From the sequence record SRR31156797_2820: a DNA stretch of 64,000 nucleotides. One strand, given 5' to 3'. The notes under the pieces are model-generated. The model was given only the letters and a program-made list of their open reading frames with translations, was not told the DNA's origin and did no database searches. A program made the position numbers and the translations under genes. How positions within the stretch are numbered: the stretch's first letter is position 1; each line of letters begins with the position of its first letter. Shown here in pieces: positions 37,533 through 48,509 of the stretch.

Positions 37533-38884
37533 TGAGACACAATATATTTAAAACAGCTATCCTATTTGCAATAGGATTAACTGTTACAAAGCAAATTGCT
37601 GCACAGGAGGTTTTATCCTTGCAGGATTGCAAAGTAAAGGCTCTGGATCACAACCAAACTGTTAAATCTGCGGTATCCGATTTTAAATCGAATGAAGCCT
37701 CGCTAAAATTAAGTAAGCGTGCTATGTTACCTACATTTGATTTGTCATCGAGCTATACCTATTTAAGCGATCCTAATCAAATGGTGATTCCCGGATATGA
37801 ATTGCCTACCATAAATGGTCAGCCCAGTGGTGTATATTCTCCAGGAAGTGTAACTGATTTAGCCTATACAAACTCTTATTCTGCCAGCCTGGGAATGAGT
37901 TTGCCAATTTACATGGGTGGCAAATTGCAACACGCTAAAACCCTTTCGAAACTGGGTGTACAATTAGCTGATGATAATGTAGACAGAACGAAGTCTGATT
38001 TGTTTCTGGATGTTGAAACCAAATATTGGGGACTAGTAGCTTTACAAGAGCAAAAAATGGTCGTTCAAAAGTCAATTGAGCTTTTAACGGATGTGCTTAA
38101 AGAGGTCAGCAATAGGCACAAAACCGGAATTGTAACTAAAAATGAGGTTTTGAAAACAAAGGTAGAGCTGAATAATGCGAAATTGTCCTTAATCGAATTA
38201 GCCGATAATGTAGAACTTGCCAAAATGAGTCTGAATCAAAGTATTGGAAATGGCATCATGTCTGCCATTCAAATACAAGATTCCATCATTATCATTCCAA
38301 ATCGTTTATCGGACATATCATTTGATGGAACACAGCTTTTAAACAGACCTGAGATTAAAATGCTCAACAGTCAATTGGAAATGACAAAAGCTCAGAAAAA
38401 ATTGGTAACTGCTGATTATTTACCCCAATTGGTTTCATTTGCAAACTATGTCTCTCAAAACCCTGATCACTATGGAAAACAGAAGAATGATTTTACGTTT
38501 AATGCGGGGGTTTCATTAAGTATTCCCGTTTTTCATTGGGGTGAAAAAAAATTAAAGAAAAGCATTGAACAAAGAAATATTGAGAAAGCTGAATATGAAT
38601 TGGATCAAAGTTCAGAATTAATGTCCCTGGAAATTCGACAGGCAATATTTAAGCTTAAAGAATCTCTGATCAAATTGGATTTTACGCAAACCTCTTTGGA
38701 ACAAGCCAACGAGAATTTGAAATTGGAACGTAACAGATTAAAACAAGGCGTTTCAACAACCAGGGAACTGCTAAATGCACAATTGCAGTGGCAACAATCG
38801 CATGCTGATTTTATAAATGCCAAAACAAATGTAAAAACAAGCGAAGCTAAATACTACAAATCAATTGGCACCTTAAAAATTTAG
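37532..38884 (+). CDS. TolC family outer membrane efflux protein
   Basis: Signal peptide, LSLQDCKVKALDHN, PIYMGGK, NRPEIK, SLSIPVFHWG, YYKSIG ending. Confidence 0.92.
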   Translation: MRHNIFKTAILFAIGLTVTKQIAAQEVLSLQDCKVKALDHNQTVKSAVSDFKSNEASLKLSKRAMLPTFDLSSSYTYLSDPNQMVIPGYELPTINGQPSGVYSPGSVTDLAYTNSYSASLGMSLPIYMGGKLQHAKTLSKLGVQLADDNVDRTKSDLFLDVETKYWGLVALQEQKMVVQKSIELLTDVLKEVSNRHKTGIVTKNEVLKTKVELNNAKLSLIELADNVELAKMSLNQSIGNGIMSAIQIQDSIIIIPNRLSDISFDGTQLLNRPEIKMLNSQLEMTKAQKKLVTADYLPQLVSFANYVSQNPDHYGKQKNDFTFNAGVSLSIPVFHWGEKKLKKSIEQRNIEKAEYELDQSSELMSLEIRQAIFKLKESLIKLDFTQTSLEQANENLKLERNRLKQGVSTTRELLNAQLQWQQSHADFINAKTNVKTSEAKYYKSIGTLKI

Positions 38885-38919
38885 GATGTTAAAAGAAAAT
38901 TATTGTATTAGGTCCAAAC

Positions 38920-38941
38920 TAATCTACGCTAGCGTAGATTA
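38920..38941. terminator. 22-bp perfect palindrome after tolC (probable terminator hairpin)
   Basis: TAATCTACGCTAGCGTAGATTA. Confidence 0.5.
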
Positions 38942-39355
38942 ATTTGAAAATATTGAATTTAAGGAAGGTTGGTTGTAAACCAATTCCATAGTGATACTAA
39001 ATATCGAACCTAAGAATATAACTGATTAGTAATCGGAATGGCTTTATTTGTGGGGATAAAGCTAACTTATTATATTTTAGATCTTGATTCATATGTATCA
39101 ATAGCTATAGGAATTACAATAGTGAGATGTTGAAATTGCAACTGACCTGCCTTTACCTAATAGTTGACTACTTGTTTGATAAGACTTCCTAATTAGTAAT
39201 TAGGTCTTGAGAAATTTTTTTGTTTCAATGGATGTCTCACGTTATTTTAAAATATTTTCCCAAAATAGAGCGCAATAGGTCACTATCTCTTAATTTTTAT
39301 CTCTATTTTTAATATTCCGCAGGAAAATGCGGATGAACTACAAAATAGAACTACT

Positions 39356-40966
39356 ATGGACCCTCTTTGGCTAGCTATTGCATTTGCATTAGGACTTGTT
39401 GTAAAATTGGTTGGATTACCACCATTAATTGGCTATTTATTAGCCGGTTTTACCCTGAAATACTTTGGTGTTGAATCTGATAATTTGATCGAAAGTATAT
39501 CAGAACTGGGTATTACCCTACTCCTTTTCACCATTGGACTCAAACTTAGAATAAAAGACTTATTGCATCGCGAAGTTTGGGGAGGAGCCTCCATACACAT
39601 GCTATTGGTTACTCTGCTTATGGCTGTTATTCTATTTGGATTGAGTTACACTTCGCTAAGTATATTTACCAATTTTACCTGGCAACAAGCCTTCATCATT
39701 GGATTTGCTTTAAGCTTTTCCAGTACCATTTATGCGGTTAAAATATTGGAAGAAAAAAGTGAAATGAAATCAGCTTATGGTATTCTTTCAATCGGAATTC
39801 TAATTATTCAGGATATTTTTGCTGTATTCTACATTGTATTAGTAGCGGGTAAATTGCCTACCCTTTGGGCTATAGGTCTGCCAGTACTCTTTGTAATCAT
39901 ACGTCCATTATTACTTCTCATTCTCGATAAAATAGGTCATGGTGAAGTATTGGTACTTTATGGTTTTTTTCTGGCTTTTGTTGTAGGTGCTGAGCTGTTC
40001 AAATTTGTGGGTTTAAAAGCGGATTTGGGTGCTTTAGTTGTCGGAATACTGATTTCCAATCACAAAAAGGCAAAGGAATTGGCTGATTCTTTAATGAATT
40101 TCAAAGACATCTTTTTAATAGGTTTCTTTTTATCCATCGGATTGATTGGATTGCCAAGTCTGGAAATGTTGATTCTTGCTGTACTACTAGCGATTGCGAT
40201 CAATTTTAAAGTCATTCTTTACTTTTTAGTGCTAACAAGGTTTAGGGTTCGTGCCAGAACATCGGTATTCACCTCTTTTGCCTTAGCCAATTTCAGTGAG
40301 TTTGGATTGATTGTTGCCTCAATTGCGGTGGCTAAGGGTTTACTTCCTTCTGATTGGCTGGTATCTATAGCTATTGCTGTAGCCATTACCTTTATCATAT
40401 CCTCCCCTTTAAATGCCAAAGCGCATAAAATTTACTACTCGGTTAAAGATCGCCTACGCAAATTCGAAACACAAAAGCGTTTGATTTACGATAAAGCTTT
40501 CGATATTGGCAATGCTGAAATTCTGGTGTTTGGAATGGGTAAATTGGGCGTTTCGGTTTACAATCAGCTCAACCATATTTATGGGCGTAAAGTATTGGGA
40601 TTGGACTACAATTACGATGTGGTACAACAGCTTAAAAAAGAAGGCAGAAACATTCAACAGGATGATGCTGCGGATAGTGAATTTTGGGAAAATATCTTTG
40701 AGAAACCTAATCATCACAAGGTGCATTTAGTAATGCTCTGCATGAACGATCACAAATCAAACCTATTTGCCATAGAACGTCTCCAGAAAACCTCTTATAA
40801 TGGAAGCATTGCAGCCATTGCCCGCTACGAGGATGAACGCAAACAGCTCGAAAAAATGAATGTTGATGCAGTTTACGACATCTATTCAGAAGCTGGATAT
40901 GGTTTTGCAAATCACGTTTGCCATCAGATTGATATCGGATGTGAAGCCAGGAAGCCTTTGTGGTAG
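39356..40966 (+). CDS. Cation:proton antiporter-2 (KefB/KefC-like) with C-terminal KTN/RCK domain
   Basis: GLPPLIGYLLAG, LLFTIGLKL, ALSFSSTI, ILIIQDI, NFSEFGLIV; LVFGMGKLG NAD-binding domain. Confidence 0.9.
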   Translation: MDPLWLAIAFALGLVVKLVGLPPLIGYLLAGFTLKYFGVESDNLIESISELGITLLLFTIGLKLRIKDLLHREVWGGASIHMLLVTLLMAVILFGLSYTSLSIFTNFTWQQAFIIGFALSFSSTIYAVKILEEKSEMKSAYGILSIGILIIQDIFAVFYIVLVAGKLPTLWAIGLPVLFVIIRPLLLLILDKIGHGEVLVLYGFFLAFVVGAELFKFVGLKADLGALVVGILISNHKKAKELADSLMNFKDIFLIGFFLSIGLIGLPSLEMLILAVLLAIAINFKVILYFLVLTRFRVRARTSVFTSFALANFSEFGLIVASIAVAKGLLPSDWLVSIAIAVAITFIISSPLNAKAHKIYYSVKDRLRKFETQKRLIYDKAFDIGNAEILVFGMGKLGVSVYNQLNHIYGRKVLGLDYNYDVVQQLKKEGRNIQQDDAADSEFWENIFEKPNHHKVHLVMLCMNDHKSNLFAIERLQKTSYNGSIAAIARYEDERKQLEKMNVDAVYDIYSEAGYGFANHVCHQIDIGCEARKPLW

Positions 40967-41169
40967 TATCGTAGAAGAGTTGAAAAGTCAAAAGGTTAAA
41001 AAGTAGAATGGGAAATGGTAGATAAACAAAAAGATGAATGCTTTGGGACTCTAACTAAGGTTTGAAATCACAATAAAATTTCATGATATGCTAATTTTCA
41101 GCTGATAACTGCTAACTGAAAGCTGGTTTTCTAATCATCAATAAAAAAACACTGAAATTTAAATCCTAC

Positions 41170-41204
41170 TGACATACTGCTGTCACAAGTGTCACTTAGA
41201 TTTG
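41170..41204 (+). promoter_or_regulatory. Candidate YafY/WYL operator (TGACA-N6-TGTCA) and -7 element of the GyrI-like gene
   Basis: TGACA-tactgc-TGTCA at 41170-41185; TAGATTTG at 41197-41204. Confidence 0.65.
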
Positions 41205-41232
41205 TTGTATTGTTAATTTAAAAAATGAAATT

Positions 41233-41691
41233 ATGAAGAAGCAAACAGCACCAGCAATGACAGTATTGTCTAAAGTAGTGAAAACAACTTTAGAAGATTT
41301 AATTAAAAACATTGAAAACTTTCCAAAGGAAATTGTACAAGAAGCAGTGAATGCGGGATTACATCCTTCAGGTCCACAATATTGGATTTACAAATGGGAG
41401 ACTTGTGTTACGGTAGAAGAGTTTGAGTTGAAGATTTGTTTGCCAGTTGCAACATTCGGCAATTCGTTTACAAGTGATAAATTCAAATTGGAGAAGTTAG
41501 AAGAATATGTACACGTGAAGAAAACTCATTTGGGTCCCTGGGATCAGATGATGACCTCTTATGAAGCAATAACAGAAAAAATGAAAGCTGAAAATATAGA
41601 AGCCGGTAAAACCTGCCGTGAATTGTATATCAATTGTGATTTTGAAGCTCCTGAAAACAACATTACCGAAATTCAATTTCAGGTGAACTAG
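41233..41691 (+). CDS. GyrI-like small-molecule-binding protein
   Basis: FELKICLPV, HLGPWDQMMTSY, CRELYIN...NITEIQF. Confidence 0.85.
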   Translation: MKKQTAPAMTVLSKVVKTTLEDLIKNIENFPKEIVQEAVNAGLHPSGPQYWIYKWETCVTVEEFELKICLPVATFGNSFTSDKFKLEKLEEYVHVKKTHLGPWDQMMTSYEAITEKMKAENIEAGKTCRELYINCDFEAPENNITEIQFQVN

Positions 41692-41802
41692 ATTGAATTA
41701 GAAGAGAAGTAAAAGATATCCCGGAGTAGTTAAAACCCTGTCCGAGGAATTGATATTCCGGGTTCTTATCCCATAAATATAAAACTAAAGCAAGTAATAG
41801 TT

Positions 41803-42756
41803 TTGAACAGATTAGACAGATTGCAAGCAATATTAACGCAATTACAAAGCAAAAAAATAGTAAAAGCACAGGAAATTGCAGACCGATTTGGAATAAGCTT
41901 AAGAACCGTCTATCGGGATATACGAGCATTGGAAGAAGGAGGAATTCCTATCGGTGCGGAAGCCGGTGTTGGCTATTTTTTGGATGATAATTACACATTA
42001 CCACCAATCATGTTTACAACAGAGGAGGCATCAGCAATACTAATGGCTGGCAAGATCATTCCACATTTATCAGATAAGAATGTGAATCATGCCTTTCAGG
42101 ATGCTCTGTACAAAATTAAGTCGGTGATGAATGCCGAAGACAAAGCAGTGCTTGAAAAACTGGATCATTCGGTTAAGGTATTTTCCGGCATGTCTTCTGC
42201 TCCTAAAAAAGACAGTATCTATCTTCAGGATATTCAGCAAGCCCTGATACAATCAAAAGTGGTACATCTGCAATATTTTGCGCATTACAAGCAGGAACTT
42301 TCACAAAGGGAAGTGGAACCTATTGGTTTGCTGTTTTATGCTTTAAACTGGCATTTGATAGCCTATTGCAAGTTACGCGGTGAATACCGTGATTTTCGAC
42401 TCGATAGAATCAGGAAACTGGAAATTAGTAAGACCTGTTACGATCGAAAATTAGACGAAGCTTTTGAAGAATACCTGGAAAGGGAAAAGGAACAATACCA
42501 ATGCTTCGAAATAGAGTTGAAAGTTAAAAAGGAACTCGCACTTTGGCTTCATGAATCGAAATACTGGTATGGCTTTTTAAGTGAACAGGAAAATGGTGAG
42601 TTCGTCAACATGAAATTCTTAAACCCTGATTTAAATGGATTTGCTCGATGGATTTTAAGTATGACGGATAAGGTTGAAATAGTAGCTCCTCTTCGTCTAA
42701 AAAGCATGCTGCACGAAATGGTTCAACAACTCTTTCAAAAATATCAAAACGACTAA
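41803..42756 (+). CDS. YafY-family HTH_11 + WYL + WCX transcriptional regulator
   Basis: MNRLDRL..IL..LQ, SLRTVYRDIRALEEGGIPI..EAGVGY, REVEPIGL...WHLIAYCKLRGEYRDFRLDRI; TTG start. Confidence 0.93.
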   Translation: MNRLDRLQAILTQLQSKKIVKAQEIADRFGISLRTVYRDIRALEEGGIPIGAEAGVGYFLDDNYTLPPIMFTTEEASAILMAGKIIPHLSDKNVNHAFQDALYKIKSVMNAEDKAVLEKLDHSVKVFSGMSSAPKKDSIYLQDIQQALIQSKVVHLQYFAHYKQELSQREVEPIGLLFYALNWHLIAYCKLRGEYRDFRLDRIRKLEISKTCYDRKLDEAFEEYLEREKEQYQCFEIELKVKKELALWLHESKYWYGFLSEQENGEFVNMKFLNPDLNGFARWILSMTDKVEIVAPLRLKSMLHEMVQQLFQKYQND

Positions 42757-42883
42757 CTCATAAGATCTTAATTAATATTACTTGAAATAAGACTTTATTC
42801 TTTTTAACTTTAAGAAGCACTTTAGAACCCAAGTTCTATTGTTATTTAAAATTCAAAACTATTTCACCTAAATACTCAAATAT

Positions 42884-43807
42884 ATGCCTAAAACTCACGT
42901 TGAAAAATCAATTACAATTGCTGCTAGCATTGATAAAGTTAAAAGTGTTATCACCGATTTTCACCAGTGGAAAGCCTGGTCTCCATGGTTTATTTTAGAG
43001 CCTGAAACCAAGGAATCTGTTTCTGAAGATGGAAAAAGCCATGAATGGGATGGAAAACGTATTGGATCAGGAATTATTAGCATTATAGCTGAAAAAGAAG
43101 GACTGGTACAGTATGACCTGAAATTCCTAAAACCATGGAAATCGGAAGCCAAGACCGATTTTGTTCTGGAAAAAGTAGATGACAGCAAGACCAAACTGAC
43201 ATGGACCATGGATGGTTCTCTCCCATTTTTCATGTTTTGGATGAAAAACATGATGGAACGCCTAATTGGCATGGATTACGATCGTGGCTTGCTGATGCTG
43301 AAAGATTACATCGAAAAAGGACATGTGGAAGCCAAATTGGAATTCTTAGGAGAATCGCAATTTGAAGGCATCCAATTCGTTGGGGTAAAAAGCGAATGTA
43401 CCATGGAAACTATTGGCGAAGTAATGTCGGAAGATTTCAAAAAAATCGCTGACTTTGCCAAAGACAATGAAGAGCTTGTGACCTGCGACTGGTTCTCCGT
43501 TTATCACAAGTTCGATTTCAATAAAAACAGAGTGATTTATACCAGTGGTGTTGGCGTGAAAGCTGATCCTGATCGTATACCAACCGGAATGTTTAAAGGG
43601 AATCTTCCTGCTAGCAAAGTACATACGGTTCGCCACATTGGTCCTTACGAATTATCCGGCAATGGCTGGAGCGCTATTATGGCAATGGAAAGAGCCAAAG
43701 AATTTAAACAAAATAAGAAAATTCCTCCAATGGAATTTTACCGCAACAGCCCAATGGAGACCGAACCCAAAGATTTGATTTCGGATATTTGCATGGCGGT
43801 GAAATAA
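42884..43807 (+). CDS. SRPBCC (polyketide cyclase-like) + GyrI-like domain protein
   Basis: VEKSITIAA...DFHQWKAWSPW, IGMDYDRGLLMLK; C-terminal HIGPYE...PMEFYRNSP...LISDI. Confidence 0.85.
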   Translation: MPKTHVEKSITIAASIDKVKSVITDFHQWKAWSPWFILEPETKESVSEDGKSHEWDGKRIGSGIISIIAEKEGLVQYDLKFLKPWKSEAKTDFVLEKVDDSKTKLTWTMDGSLPFFMFWMKNMMERLIGMDYDRGLLMLKDYIEKGHVEAKLEFLGESQFEGIQFVGVKSECTMETIGEVMSEDFKKIADFAKDNEELVTCDWFSVYHKFDFNKNRVIYTSGVGVKADPDRIPTGMFKGNLPASKVHTVRHIGPYELSGNGWSAIMAMERAKEFKQNKKIPPMEFYRNSPMETEPKDLISDICMAVK

Positions 43808-43955
43808 ATAAGAGAATACAACTTCATGCCTCACCTTTTGACATTCCCACTACAATTGGGATTATAAAAAAAGGTTTTATATTATTGATAAACTCACTTA
43901 AAATGAGGATACCGCTAAGGTAAAAATTCCGAACTACCATCATACAATTGGTAAC

Positions 43956-43985
43956 AAAAAAGGTCTTCCATTTGGAAGACCTTTT
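43956..43985. terminator. Bidirectional terminator downstream of icd
   Basis: aaaaaaggtcttcca-tt-tggaagacctttt. Confidence 0.85.
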
Positions 43986-44008
43986 AATATATTTAATCGA
44001 TACTGATA

Positions 44009-46267
<2,259 letters not shown>

Positions 46268-46404
46268 TTATAGTCTGTAAAATCTAGTCTTAAATCCGAC
46301 ATAATCTCTGTCCGAATTCAAGGTAAACATAGATATTTTTTTTATTTCCCGATTTAAAAGAGCTTATTTTTTAACGATTTTTTTCTTTAATTACAATCTA
46401 TTGA

Positions 46405-46440
46405 AAATTAGGCTCCTGCAGTAAAACAGAAGCCTAATTT
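46405..46440 (-). terminator. Terminator-like hairpin after dnaX
   Basis: aaattaggctcctg-cagtaaaa-cagaagcctaattt. Confidence 0.6.
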
Positions 46441-46479
46441 GTATTAAATTGTATATGCTATATATCATGTTTTCTCTTT

Positions 46480-48243
46480 TTACTCGAAATCGAGTGAAAG
46501 TTTTTGCTTTAGTACACCTAAAACCGGATTTTTCTTACACAAATAGTTGAATCTATCTGTGTCTGTAAATACCCTTTTTGTGGTTTTAGTTTGTGACATT
46601 TTTGTTTCCAATTCTATCTCCTTATTACCAAAAACACGTCTTAAATGATTTTGTAATTCTACCCTTACTCCATTAATATCATCTCCCTGTAGGGGATTGC
46701 TAACTTTTAAAATCACCTTATTATCTATTACCTCAGGCTGATTCACCGTAAGAGCCAAACGAATTCTATCGCTCTTTCCTTTTATTTGTACAAACTCTTT
46801 AAGTTGTTTAAAGGCTTGTACCTGATTCAAAGTAATATTCTCTGATACAGCTACAAGGTCAACTTTCTCCTTTTCCTGATAATTTGGCTTAGATGTAGTT
46901 TTGGGTCTTTGTATTCCCGTTTTTAAAGCTTGTTTAATAGATACTGTTGGTGTGTATGCATTTCTTGAAACACCTGTTTGTATTTTTGGCTCTGTAGGTT
47001 CAACTTTTACCTGTCCGTTTCCATTAGATGGTGCTTGCTGACTTACAGGTTTACTTGTTTTCGTTTGAGCAGGTAAATCTTCACGTCCCTCAACAATAAT
47101 CTTTAAAAGTTTCTTGGTGTTCTTTTTTAAACTAGCTCCTTTTTTTTTTGATTCAATTATCTGGGACAATTGAATTAAACTTAGCTCTATTAATAAACGT
47201 GGATTTTGACTGGATTTGTAACCAATATCGCATTGGTTTAATATTTTGAGTGATTCATACAAAAAGTCGACCGGACATTTTTTTGCCTGCTCTACGTATT
47301 TTTGTTTTACACTATCGCTTACTTCCATCAGTTGAATGGTCGCAGGATCTTTTCCTACCAATACATCCCTAATGTGTCCGCTTAAACCACCTACAAAATG
47401 ATGACCATCGAAACCTTTCTCAAAAATCTCGTTTAACATTACTAAAACGTCAGTGACTTTTCCTTCCAGAGATGCATCAACAATTTTAAAGTAATAATCG
47501 TAATCCAAAACATTCAAATTCTGAATTACATTTTCGAACGTAATTTCCTTACCTGAAAAACTAACAATCTGATCGAAGATAGACAATGCGTCACGCATAG
47601 CACCATCCGCTTTTTGAGCAATTACATTTAATGCTTCTTCATTGATGTTTACAGATTCTTTTTGTGCAATGTTTTGCAAATGCTTTACTGCATCATCTAC
47701 TTTTATCCTGTTAAAATCAAAAATCTGACAACGAGATAAGATGGTAGGAAGAATTTTGTGCTTTTCGGTAGTAGCCAGTACAAAAATAGCATGTGCTGGT
47801 GGTTCTTCAAGTGTTTTAAGAAATGCATTAAATGCAGATGCCGATAACATATGAACCTCGTCTATTATATATATACTATAGGAACCTATTTGAGGTGGTA
47901 TTCTCACCTGATCAATTAAGGTACGAATATCGTCAACCGAATTGTTCGATGCTGCATCCAATTCGTGAATGTTATAAGAACGATTTTCATTAAATGCCTT
48001 ACACGACTCACACTCGTTGCACGCTTCGAAATCGGAAGAGATATTAGAGCAATTTATTGTTTTTGCAAAGATTCTGGCACATGAAGTTTTACCAACTCCT
48101 CTTGGACCACAAAACAAATAGGCATGTGCCAAATGATTGTTTTTGATCGCATTTTTAAGGGTTACGGTAATCGAATCCTGACCTACTACTGTTGAAAAAG
48201 CAGAAGGACGATATTTACGTGCTGAAACAATAAAATTCTCCAT
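46480..48243 (-). CDS. dnaX: DNA polymerase III subunit tau/gamma
   Basis: SARKYRP, CGPRGVGKT, CNECESC, ELDAASNNSVDDIR, IIDEVHML, LKTLEEPP, ILSRCQ. Confidence 0.97.
   Translation of the reverse strand: MENFIVSARKYRPSAFSTVVGQDSITVTLKNAIKNNHLAHAYLFCGPRGVGKTSCARIFAKTINCSNISSDFEACNECESCKAFNENRSYNIHELDAASNNSVDDIRTLIDQVRIPPQIGSYSIYIIDEVHMLSASAFNAFLKTLEEPPAHAIFVLATTEKHKILPTILSRCQIFDFNRIKVDDAVKHLQNIAQKESVNINEEALNVIAQKADGAMRDALSIFDQIVSFSGKEITFENVIQNLNVLDYDYYFKIVDASLEGKVTDVLVMLNEIFEKGFDGHHFVGGLSGHIRDVLVGKDPATIQLMEVSDSVKQKYVEQAKKCPVDFLYESLKILNQCDIGYKSSQNPRLLIELSLIQLSQIIESKKKGASLKKNTKKLLKIIVEGREDLPAQTKTSKPVSQQAPSNGNGQVKVEPTEPKIQTGVSRNAYTPTVSIKQALKTGIQRPKTTSKPNYQEKEKVDLVAVSENITLNQVQAFKQLKEFVQIKGKSDRIRLALTVNQPEVIDNKVILKVSNPLQGDDINGVRVELQNHLRRVFGNKEIELETKMSQTKTTKRVFTDTDRFNYLCKKNPVLGVLKQKLSLDFE
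47122..47149 (-). other. dnaX slippage/frameshift signals (A10 run and in-frame A_AAA_AAG)
   Basis: Coding strand reads TCA AAA AAA AAA GGA GCT AGT TTA AAA AAG at codons 365-374. Confidence 0.7.
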
Positions 48244-48289
48244 ATAATATTATAAATCGACTAGCGATTGATTGTCTTTTTTCGAAGTT

Positions 48290-48297
48290 CAAATATA
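48290..48297 (-). promoter_or_regulatory. Sigma-A -7 element for dnaX
   Basis: TATATTTG on the minus strand. Confidence 0.6.
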
Positions 48298-48509
48298 CAG
48301 AATCAATCCAAATAAATCACCAAAGAATTGAGAAGAATTTTCAAGAAATTCTTAATGAATTCATGACAAATTGATTATAAAATAATCAGGATATCGGTAT
48401 TAAGAAAAAGAGACTTCCTTACATTTAAGAAAATCTCTTTATTATCTCTTCTATTGGGGATTTTCACTAAGGTTTGAATCCCAAATTTTAACTATTTTCT
48501 GATTATTGA

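Noticed and set aside
39038-39133. 31-codon hydrophobic ORF or membrane-protein remnant after tolC
   Set aside because: Too short and no recognisable family; cannot be told apart from chance in AT-rich DNA
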